The notes under the pieces were generated by a model, which had not been told where the DNA came from, ran no database searches, and saw only the letters and a list, made by a program, of their open reading frames with translations. From a virus (Duplodnaviria > Heunggongvirae > Uroviricota > Caudoviricetes): a stretch of DNA of 19,148 bases. The DNA is taken from positions 1-19,148 of the IMG/VR virus record IMGVR_UViG_2547132281_000015. The stretch is one strand, 5' to 3'. Made by a program: the position numbers and the translations under genes. This document shows positions 11,894 to 19,148 of this stretch, piece by piece. Position 1 is the first letter of the stretch. Every line of letters begins with the position of its first letter.

Positions 11894-11915
11894 AAATGCC
11901 CCTGCGGGGGCATTT
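11894..11915 (+). terminator. GC-rich hairpin between yfdQ-like and yfdR-like (possible attenuator)
   Basis: AAATGCCCC (11894-11902), loop TGCG, GGGGCATTT (11907-11915); no clean T-run afterwards. Confidence 0.35.
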
Positions 11916-12008
11916 ATGGAAACGTAATTTACTCAATAATCGCCGGATGGTGAGGGATTCTTTTTACCAGAATTCAGCGCGGTGCAGCGCATATACGTGG
12001 AGAACAAA

Positions 12009-12545
12009 ATGTCATTTATCAAAACTTTTTCTGGGAAGCATTTTTATTATGACAGGATAAATAAAGACGACATCGATATTAACGATATCGCGGTTTCCCT
12101 TTCAAATATCTGTCGCTTTGCCGGTCATCTTTCGCACTTCTACAGCGTCGCCCAACATGCGGTTCTTTGCAGCCAGCTGGTGCCGCAGGAATTTGCTTTT
12201 GAAGCGTTAATGCATGATGCAACAGAAGCGTATTGCCAGGACATTCCCGCACCACTGAAACGCCTTCTTCCTGACTATAAACGGATGGAAGAAAAAATAG
12301 ACGCCGTAATCCGTGAGAAATACGGGTTACCCCCGGTTATGAGTACACCCGTGAAATATGCCGATCTCATCATGCTGGCAACCGAACGCCGCGATCTCGG
12401 GCTTGATGATGGCTCTTTCTGGCCTGTACTGGAAGGCATCCCGGCAACAGAGATGTTCAACGTGATTCCACTGGCACCGGGCCATGCCTACGGGATGTTT
12501 ATGGAACGTTTTAACGATTTATCGGAGTTACGCAAATGCGCATGA
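12009..12545 (+). CDS. yfdR: HD-domain phosphohydrolase, YfdR-like 5'-deoxynucleotidase (178 aa)
   Basis: ATG at 12009 with GGAGA SD gives 178 aa (the K-12 YfdR length). HD signature: His in AGHLSHFYSVAQHAV and HD in LMHDATEAY. Stop overlaps the next gene by 10 nt. Confidence 0.75.
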   Translation: MSFIKTFSGKHFYYDRINKDDIDINDIAVSLSNICRFAGHLSHFYSVAQHAVLCSQLVPQEFAFEALMHDATEAYCQDIPAPLKRLLPDYKRMEEKIDAVIREKYGLPPVMSTPVKYADLIMLATERRDLGLDDGSFWPVLEGIPATEMFNVIPLAPGHAYGMFMERFNDLSELRKCA

Positions 12546-12898
12546 ATGTTTTCGAAATGGAAGGGTTTCTTCGCGGGAAATGTGTACCGCGAGATCTGAA
12601 AGTGAACGAAACAAATGCTGAGTACCTGGTACGTAAATTCGACGCGCTTGAAGCTAAATGTGCGGCACTGGAAAACAAAATAATACCAGTGTCAACTGAA
12701 CTGCCACCAGCAAATGAAAGTGTTCTGTTATTTGATGCTAATGGAGAAGGCTGGCTGATTGGCTGGCGTTCTCTCTGGTACACCTGGGGACAAAAAGAAA
12801 CCGGAGAATGGCAGTGGACATTTCAGGTCGGGGACCTTGAAAACTTCAATATCACTCACTGGGCAGTAATGCCCAAAGCGCCGGAGGCTGGAGCATAA
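12536..12898 (+). CDS. yfdS: YfdS-like protein (120 aa)
   Basis: 120-aa ORF, the K-12 YfdS length; start overlaps the yfdR-like stop, stop overlaps the next start (TAATG). Confidence 0.6.
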   Translation: MRMNVFEMEGFLRGKCVPRDLKVNETNAEYLVRKFDALEAKCAALENKIIPVSTELPPANESVLLFDANGEGWLIGWRSLWYTWGQKETGEWQWTFQVGDLENFNITHWAVMPKAPEAGA

Positions 12899-13518
12899 TG
12901 ACCACATTTACCAATAAAGAACTGATTAAAGAAATCAAAGAACGAATCAGCAGCCTAGAGGTTCGAGACGATATTGAGCGCCGTGCTTATGAAATTGCTC
13001 TGGCATCGCTGGAAGAGGAGCCGGTGGCATGGCTGCATTCAGACAATGGCTTAGGTATTCCGGCAATAACCAGGAGCAAAAACATTGCTGACAGTTGGTT
13101 ATCAATGGGCTGGTATGTTCAGCCGCTATATATAGCCAAGCCAGTACTGGTGGTGCCAGATGCTCGTCCGTCTTTAAATAATGGCATAGTCGGTTTTGAT
13201 GAAGGCTGGAACGCCTGCCGCGCCACCATGCTTCATGGTGCCAAACCTGTAAGCCAGACTTACAAGTTGAACAAGCTGTCGGGCAACTCTCCGGTAACTC
13301 AGGATGGTTGGATAAGCTGTAGTGAGCGAATGCCGAACGATAAACAGTATGTTTGGTGTTGGGGTAAGTCTTACGGCTGGACTGAGTGCGATACCTTCGA
13401 AGGGTATTACGATTGGTCGAGAAACAAATGGTGGGCAGTTACTGACGATGGGGAAGAACCGGCATCGAAAGTAACCCACTGGATGCCGCTACCGGAGCCA
13501 CCGCAGGAGGTGAAGTAA
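12898..13518 (+). CDS. YfdT-like protein with C-terminal Trp/Cys-rich DUF551-type region (206 aa)
   Basis: 206-aa ORF translationally coupled at both ends; C-terminus ...DKQYVWCWGKSYGWTECDTFEGYYDWSRNKWWAVTDDGEEPASKVTHWMPLPEPP resembles DUF551 ends. About twice the size of the K-12 yfdT product (101 aa as I recall). Confidence 0.5.
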   Translation: MTTFTNKELIKEIKERISSLEVRDDIERRAYEIALASLEEEPVAWLHSDNGLGIPAITRSKNIADSWLSMGWYVQPLYIAKPVLVVPDARPSLNNGIVGFDEGWNACRATMLHGAKPVSQTYKLNKLSGNSPVTQDGWISCSERMPNDKQYVWCWGKSYGWTECDTFEGYYDWSRNKWWAVTDDGEEPASKVTHWMPLPEPPQEVK

Positions 13519-13712
13519 TGAACAACTTAATGACAACTAAACAAGTCGCCGACTTCTGTGGCGTTTCAGTATCGACCGTTCTTCGCTGGAACAGCGTAAA
13601 CAGGAGAACTGGCCAGAAATACAGGCCTGACTTTCCAGATCCTGATATTAAATCCTGCCCAAATAAATGGGCATCACGCAAGATATACAGGTTTGCTGGA
13701 GTTATTGAGTGA
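13518..13712 (+). CDS. AlpA/Xis-like small HTH protein (candidate excisionase, 64 aa)
   Basis: MNNLMTTKQVADFCGVSVSTVLRWNSVNRRTGQKYRPDFPDPDIKSCPNKWASRKIYRFAGVIE; HTH followed by a basic/aromatic tail, as in AlpA/TorI-type excisionases. Last gene of the early-left operon, on the integrase side. Confidence 0.6.
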   Translation: MNNLMTTKQVADFCGVSVSTVLRWNSVNRRTGQKYRPDFPDPDIKSCPNKWASRKIYRFAGVIE

Positions 13713-13747
13713 TGGGTATTAGCTCATATCAGAACTAATACCCATCA
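13710..13747. terminator. Strong hairpin at the convergence point of the early-left operon and the SIR2 gene (candidate bidirectional terminator)
   Basis: T-GATGGGTATTAG (13710-13722), 12-nt loop, CTAATACCCATC-A (13735-13747): 13-bp perfect stem overlapping the xis-like stop codon. No T-run on either side. Confidence 0.45.
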
Positions 13748-13914
13748 ATGACACAGAGCCAACTACCCACCCTGTGTCAGGGGCTAACTTTTAACACCAT
13801 AATTCACCGCTAGATAAAAACTGTATTGCATTGCACGAGCGGCGCAGCATTATCAGTTAGAGTGTCTTTACCTTGTTAGGCTCCACAGTTCGCACTGTCC
13901 AACGCCTGTCACTT

Positions 13915-16900
13915 TCACACGCTGCGCCTTCGAGAATATTCATTTAATCGCTGATAACGAACATCTTGCTCCAGTTGTGGAGCAGCTTGAACAATTTGAA
14001 GCAAGCATTGCCCCAACTCTCGAGGCCCCCAGTGTTGTTCGGCAATCACGGCATTCAGCAGGGATAGAGCGTCCGCAGGATATCGGCTGCAAATATCTGA
14101 TTCTAGCAAAAGGCGAACGTCGTAGCTAAGGTGTTCGAGCGGTTGCAGCCAGTCCTGCACCACTGCCAAAGCCGCCGGAAATTCACCTCGGGCAGCAATC
14201 ACCATACGAGTCAACGATTCGGATATGCGTGGGGTGGCCAAGTTGCGGGACTTTGGCCAAACCTGTTGCCAAAATGGCTGGACACGATTTTTCCAATACT
14301 CCTCGCGCTGATCGCCCGCACCTTCAAGTGCCTGGTATAACGCCTGCGCGGCTACCTCCAGACCTTCTTGTGGAAGAGCACTAATTGCCGTTCGGAACTC
14401 CTCCACGGTATATCCCTCGGTAGGGCCCAGAGCTGCATAAGTCAGGAAAATAGCGAATTGCTGCCGGTGCTCGCCAAGATCAGAATAGTGATTGGCGCTC
14501 TCCAAAAAATCTGACTTGAAAGCTATCAGCAACGGTTCATACAGGCGTGGCGACCAGAGGAAGCCTTCCCACACAGCTTTTGCTTCGACGGGATTACTCC
14601 AAGCAAACAAGGGCAATAGATACTGTTCGGTCCAAGGTCGATCTACGCGAAAAAATGCGATCAGCCGCGACCCCAGCAACACCCGACCATGGCGGAATAG
14701 CTCTATCTGTACATTACACAATTTGGTGAAAAGTGTTTTCAATTCAACAGGAAGCAAATCATTGTCATTCGGGTTCTGTTTGAACCATAGGGTGATCAGT
14801 GATTGCGTGACATGCCCAATGGGATGATTGATCGCCGTAGAAACAGGATCATAGGTCTCAATTCCGTTTCGAATGGTGCTAGACTCTGGGCTTGTTTCTA
14901 TCATCAGAACCCGACGACAAAGGGCCAGTAGAATCTCCTCGTGGCAGAGGATGGTCTTCGAAGCCTCCTCCATCCACCAAGTGACAGCGTGGGAAATCTC
15001 CTGAAGTACTGCGTCAGGCATGTCAAGCACCAACGGTGCGGCGTACCGCCACGAACGCAAAATCATCCCTGGTTCAGCCCAAGTCTGCAGAGCTTCACGC
15101 CACCGACCAACAGGCCACACATCATCTTGTGATAGTTTACGTAACGCATACAGACTGTGAAAAAAGCGCGTACGGCAAACATCACTCCAAGTGTCCTCAT
15201 AGAAAGGCAGTCTTTCTGGCATAGGCTTTGCGAGCCATTGCACTAATTCCTGCCACTTACGGGGCGCAATGTCGACATCTATACTCTCCTCGAAGCCTGG
15301 ATCACCGGTTCCGCTCATCCAGTGAGAGAATTCATCACGCTCGTTGGTTGCCAGTTGCCATTTTGGGTATGCTGTGGATATTTCCGTCAAACGTGTAGCC
15401 GCAGACTCTCCCAAAACAAGGCCCGCTCCCCTGAGCTTCGCTAGACACAACCAGACGGAATGAGCCACCAAATAATGCCACCTGTCTGCTTCCAAATTAT
15501 CCTCGTACATCTCGCGCGGAGGCCCTGCCAAGATAGCAGTTTCCAGACGCTCTTGTGCAATTCCTGTCAGATGTCGTCCCTGCAAAACAAACAGTCTGAA
15601 TACCTCTCGCCGAGTATCCGTGGCCCACAACCACCATGAACCGTCCTCTAACAACCAATTAACCCACCGCTCAGGTGGTATGCAGTTGTCTTGGCTTGCG
15701 GCAAACAGTGCCAGACGTTTGAAGGTGGGATATGGCAACTCAAACCAATTCTGAGCAATGCGCGAGGCCTGATCGCTGTCTTTGGCTCGAACGGCTAACC
15801 ACGAATCCCGAAGTAATTCAATCAGGCTCACCCAATCGCGGAACCCCCGGTTCTGCCAGTGCGGAGTGATGGACGGCAAATCCCAATGCGAGCGGTCGTG
15901 ACGATCGTCGGACTCTCCCAACTCCCGCAACAAGTCCAGTGCATCACGCAACAACTGCTGAAAATCTTCCAACAGGTATGGCAAGGACGATTTCCATGAC
16001 TCGTCAGCAAGGTCGAACAGGGTTGAACGTACGTAATCAGCAGTCAGCACCAGCTCCCAATCCACCAATTGCTTGATTCGCAAGGGTTCATCAGTGCTGC
16101 TCGAATCGTCTTCACTATAGCGAAACGGCCGCCTCAACATAACCTTGGGAGAAAGCAACCCGCGTAACTCCAAGCGCAATGTAGTCGTCAAGCCTTCATT
16201 CTTTAAGCGGTTTTGCCAACGATACAAATCCAGGTTCTGCAATGGCGATTTCACACGACCACTAAGCAGAAGCCGCCATAAAGTAGACATAGGTGGACCA
16301 GGAATAGCCAGGGGGGAATGCAAGAGAATTTCATCTAACTCAGAAGTCTTACGCTCCCGCATCAGTGCTGCTAAGCGATCTAGTTCGCTCTCAATCAGAA
16401 ACATCCAACGGTCGTGTATTTGTCCGCCGCGTTCAGCAATCCATATGATCAACCTAGGGTCGCCCAGATAACGAACTAGCCAACGGGCTATATGGGACAT
16501 TACGTCATCCCATTTGCTAGCACTGACACATCCAGAAACCAGCGACATCTGCGGGGCCAGCTCATAGGGCGCTGGACGCTGAACCAGACTGAATCGGAGT
16601 TTCGGGTCAATTTCGACATGCGGAGATACACAAAAGCGTGGCAGATCGCTGTATTTAAATCGTTCGTCCGAGAAAGCTTTCAATAACCAATCCAGCGGCG
16701 GTGCAGGATTGAGTTCCGCAAAGCGTTTTGCTGGTAAACCTGATTTATCTGACAAGGCCCACAACATCCGACCAACGAAATCGTCCTGACGAGTGCTGTC
16801 CTGCGGGCGGGCCAGAGCATGTTTGACGACTATAGCCTCTTTGCCCTGTATACCATCTCGATAAGTATCTGCCCAAGCGTGCAACGTTTGATGCAGCACT

Positions 16901-17742
16901 GAATGATCAGTGGAGCCCGCCGGTACGGTGTAAAGGATAGGAGTGACCCCTTTGGCCTCCCACTCGATGGCTTTCCGGTGCTCCTGCCCCGGCTCACACT
17001 CCCCCAGTGCCCATACTTGTGGTGTGACTTCACCGAGCCTCCGATCTGCTGCAAGCGCATCCATCATGTAGCGCAGTACCGGGTCGTTGATGCTGTAGCC
17101 AACGAAGCAGACCACATAGTTACGAAATAACTCACTCACAAAGCGAGCTGCCCAACGCTCAGTGAGATAAGCCAAGCCAAAGTCACCGCTGGTAACAACC
17201 AGACGATTCAGGGCAGTATCATCCGCCTTTTCCGGTAACAGCCCATGCAGGTATACAAGTCCATCCCAGCGGCTGTTTTTTGGAATTGGCAGCATCGGCG
17301 CTACATAGGCCTGAAAAGCCTGGCCTGTACGTTTAGCTGCCACATGAAAGAGACGGTCAAAGTTGGTAGTGACCAATCGAAGGGCACCCTCGCGGCTACG
17401 GGCTAAACGTAACAGCGCCGCCTGAGTATCAATAGCGCCCCTACGACGGAGCTTTGGCTTAAGGGCTTTTTCCAACGCGCGTCGGACGGCTATACGCTGC
17501 CCTGGTAAGCGCCGTTCCAGCAAATCTAATGTGCCGTCAAATTGCCCACGCTCGAAAACCTCACGCTCAATTTCTGAAAGTGTTGTTCCGTTCCTCTGGT
17601 AAATTAGTTCTACCAACCCTTTGAAACCAGGTAAACCAGCAGGGTAGGAAATGCCTGCTCCACAGAAGAACACAACGCGCCCTTCCTCGTGCGCCTGCAA
17701 AAGCTCATCAGGAATATCAGGGCCGTTGGTAATGAATTGCAT
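13915..17742 (-). CDS. SIR2-like (sirtuin/NADase) domain protein, 1275 aa; candidate single-gene anti-phage defence protein (DSR-like)
   Basis: N-terminal ~300 aa carry SIR2-type motifs: FFCGAGISYP (GAG, res 28-30), VTTNFD (Asn127/Asp129), VYLHGLL (His166), VVTSGDFG, FVGYSINDP. GGAGG 9 nt upstream of the ATG at 17742. The remaining ~950 aa is W/L/R-rich with no P-loop. Confidence 0.8.
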   Translation of the reverse strand: MQFITNGPDIPDELLQAHEEGRVVFFCGAGISYPAGLPGFKGLVELIYQRNGTTLSEIEREVFERGQFDGTLDLLERRLPGQRIAVRRALEKALKPKLRRRGAIDTQAALLRLARSREGALRLVTTNFDRLFHVAAKRTGQAFQAYVAPMLPIPKNSRWDGLVYLHGLLPEKADDTALNRLVVTSGDFGLAYLTERWAARFVSELFRNYVVCFVGYSINDPVLRYMMDALAADRRLGEVTPQVWALGECEPGQEHRKAIEWEAKGVTPILYTVPAGSTDHSVLHQTLHAWADTYRDGIQGKEAIVVKHALARPQDSTRQDDFVGRMLWALSDKSGLPAKRFAELNPAPPLDWLLKAFSDERFKYSDLPRFCVSPHVEIDPKLRFSLVQRPAPYELAPQMSLVSGCVSASKWDDVMSHIARWLVRYLGDPRLIIWIAERGGQIHDRWMFLIESELDRLAALMRERKTSELDEILLHSPLAIPGPPMSTLWRLLLSGRVKSPLQNLDLYRWQNRLKNEGLTTTLRLELRGLLSPKVMLRRPFRYSEDDSSSTDEPLRIKQLVDWELVLTADYVRSTLFDLADESWKSSLPYLLEDFQQLLRDALDLLRELGESDDRHDRSHWDLPSITPHWQNRGFRDWVSLIELLRDSWLAVRAKDSDQASRIAQNWFELPYPTFKRLALFAASQDNCIPPERWVNWLLEDGSWWLWATDTRREVFRLFVLQGRHLTGIAQERLETAILAGPPREMYEDNLEADRWHYLVAHSVWLCLAKLRGAGLVLGESAATRLTEISTAYPKWQLATNERDEFSHWMSGTGDPGFEESIDVDIAPRKWQELVQWLAKPMPERLPFYEDTWSDVCRTRFFHSLYALRKLSQDDVWPVGRWREALQTWAEPGMILRSWRYAAPLVLDMPDAVLQEISHAVTWWMEEASKTILCHEEILLALCRRVLMIETSPESSTIRNGIETYDPVSTAINHPIGHVTQSLITLWFKQNPNDNDLLPVELKTLFTKLCNVQIELFRHGRVLLGSRLIAFFRVDRPWTEQYLLPLFAWSNPVEAKAVWEGFLWSPRLYEPLLIAFKSDFLESANHYSDLGEHRQQFAIFLTYAALGPTEGYTVEEFRTAISALPQEGLEVAAQALYQALEGAGDQREEYWKNRVQPFWQQVWPKSRNLATPRISESLTRMVIAARGEFPAALAVVQDWLQPLEHLSYDVRLLLESDICSRYPADALSLLNAVIAEQHWGPRELGQCLLQIVQAAPQLEQDVRYQRLNEYSRRRSV

Positions 17743-17924
17743 TCCTTTTCCTCCTATCCAATGTGCACGTTCATTCGAGTAAATGAAGGCAAGGGGTTAC
17801 ATCTTATTATACCGACCGTGCAAATCCGGCTTCCTAGCAAGCTACTTTACTTGCCAACTCATAATGTCCGAACTCCGAACAAAGCGGACTGCTAGATTTG
17901 ATTGCGTTCTAGCTACGCAAAATA
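17743..17924 (-). promoter_or_regulatory. Integrase-SIR2 intergenic region with candidate own promoter for the SIR2 gene
   Basis: Perfect -10 TATAAT on the minus strand (plus-strand 17806-17811), about 64 nt upstream of the SIR2 ATG; no good -35 at 17-nt spacing. Confidence 0.3.
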
Positions 17925-19148
17925 TCATTTCGAGCCTGAACGAGTACAAGTAACAATCGATTCAACTCTCTCCCACCATGCCTGGTAGGCTTTACGCTGT
18001 TCTTCTAGATAATCACTCTTGTCATAAACTTGCCATACACCTGGCAGTTTATGACCGAGCATTATTTCAGCAATATGAGGCGCAGTAAGATCAGAAAAGT
18101 TTGTTCGTGCTGTTCGTCTCAAATCATGAAGAGACCAGTGAGGAAATTGATACCCCAAACGCCGCCATGCGTACTGCATTAAATTGTAAGGCAGCGACTG
18201 CAATGATGTCCGACCAACTGGTTCCCTGCTTCCTTCCTTAGTAAAAAGCATATCGGAACCGTTGTTCATAGAGATAACGTATTTTATAAGCTCTTCAACC
18301 GGTTCAATAATGGGCCGCTTTAGCGGTTCGCCTGTTATATCCCCTGTCTTATGTCGTTCTGGTGGTACAGTCCATATTTTATTAATGAAATCAAAATCGT
18401 CCACCTTGGCAGTAATTAGCTCTGAACTACGGCAACCAAAATGCAGCAATAGTTTAATGAAGGCCCGGTATTTAGGAACCATTCGAGAACCATCGATCGC
18501 AGCATAAAGGATTTTAATTTCATCATGTGTCAGAAACCGTTTCTTCTGACCTTTACGGATATCCATATCTTTACCCGTGATATCCGACAGCGGGCGAGTT
18601 TCAATGAGCTTTCTCTTATACGCCCAGACATGGGCCTGCTTTGCGTTAATTAGCAATCGGTCTGCTATTGCTGGAGTCTTAGTGCTAAGAGGCTCCAGGA
18701 CTTCTAACCAATCATGCAATGTAGCTGCATCGTGAGGGATATTCCCGATTTTAGAGAACAGGTGCAGCTCAAACGAGCGGAGTATCTGTTCAGAACCTTT
18801 TTTATTTTTTACACAATATGCTTCATACCAAGCACGGATCACAGATTCTACCGTCATGGCTTCAGTAGCTTTACGTTTTTCTGCCAGCTTGACCAATCGT
18901 GGATTGCGGTTTGACTCGAGTTCACCACGAAGACGGATAACTTCTTCTCTGGCCTCTTTTAGTCCAGTTGCCGGGTAAGTTCCGATATCAAGACGCTCAC
19001 CTTTCCCCGCCCACTGATAACGATATTGGAACACTACGCGACCTTTCGGTGATACTCTAACAGACAGACCATCACGATCGGATTTAACCAAAACCTTATC
19101 ACGTTCCTTTCCAACGACTGAACGCAACCACGCATCAGACAGCGCCAT
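17925..19148 (-). CDS. Tyrosine recombinase / phage integrase, P4/CP4-57 (IntA/IntS) type, 407 aa
   Basis: Complete ORF whose ATG is the last three bases of the window (minus strand). C-terminal catalytic region HDLRRTARTNF...LGHKLPGVWQVYDKSDYLEEQRKAYQAWWERVE has the H-x-x-R and terminal Tyr pattern of P4-type integrases; N-terminus has the arm-binding (DUF4102-like) look. Confidence 0.9.
   Translation of the reverse strand: MALSDAWLRSVVGKERDKVLVKSDRDGLSVRVSPKGRVVFQYRYQWAGKGERLDIGTYPATGLKEAREEVIRLRGELESNRNPRLVKLAEKRKATEAMTVESVIRAWYEAYCVKNKKGSEQILRSFELHLFSKIGNIPHDAATLHDWLEVLEPLSTKTPAIADRLLINAKQAHVWAYKRKLIETRPLSDITGKDMDIRKGQKKRFLTHDEIKILYAAIDGSRMVPKYRAFIKLLLHFGCRSSELITAKVDDFDFINKIWTVPPERHKTGDITGEPLKRPIIEPVEELIKYVISMNNGSDMLFTKEGSREPVGRTSLQSLPYNLMQYAWRRLGYQFPHWSLHDLRRTARTNFSDLTAPHIAEIMLGHKLPGVWQVYDKSDYLEEQRKAYQAWWERVESIVTCTRSGSK

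Noticed and set aside
14131-17130. Several 60-110 aa plus-strand ORFs inside the SIR2 gene
   Set aside because: Antisense to a 1275-aa ORF with clear domain motifs; short, no start signals.
13915-17742. STAND/AAA NTPase (Avs-type) or two-gene SIR2 system interpretation of the large SIR2 protein
   Set aside because: I found no Walker A (GxxxxGK[ST]) motif in the 1275 aa. The flanks hold only the integrase and an xis-like gene, with no HerA, pAgo, TIR or SLOG partner, so a single-gene DSR-like reading is preferred.
17743-17924. Attachment site (attP/attL core) in the integrase-SIR2 intergenic region
   Set aside because: For P4/CP4-57-type integrases the att site normally lies on the 5' side of int next to a tRNA, which would be beyond the window end. 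The small inverted repeats here are weak.

Overview
Composite lambdoid prophage region, most likely from Escherichia coli or a close enterobacterium. All homology calls are from recall of known protein sequences and motif inspection; no database search was possible. Left 7.7 kb (+ strand): a phage-lambda-type packaging/head module, Nu1 (3' part)-A-W-B-C/Nu3-D-E-FI-FII, ending in a gpZ gene cut off after about 30 codons. At roughly 7.73-7.75 kb the sequence switches to unrelated prophage DNA in inverted orientation: a minus-strand early-right operon (Cro-like, CII/YdaT-like, and a hypothetical gene whose 3' end is destroyed at the junction), a LexA-type cI-like repressor, a near-consensus pL-like promoter with repeated 19-bp operator-like motifs, a ~450-nt apparently untranslated leader ending in an intrinsic terminator, and a translationally coupled early-left operon resembling the CPS-53/KpLE1 genes yfdP-yfdQ-yfdR-yfdS-yfdT plus an AlpA/Xis-like gene. 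Between that xis-like gene and a P4/CP4-57-type tyrosine integrase at the right edge sits a single 1275-aa gene with an N-terminal SIR2-like (sirtuin/NADase) domain and a ~950-aa Trp-rich C-terminal region. This is the best candidate in the window for an anti-phage system (NAD+-depleting, DSR-like) carried as prophage cargo; whether it is a described family or a new one cannot be decided from sequence alone. No rRNA, tRNA, CRISPR array or IS element was seen.
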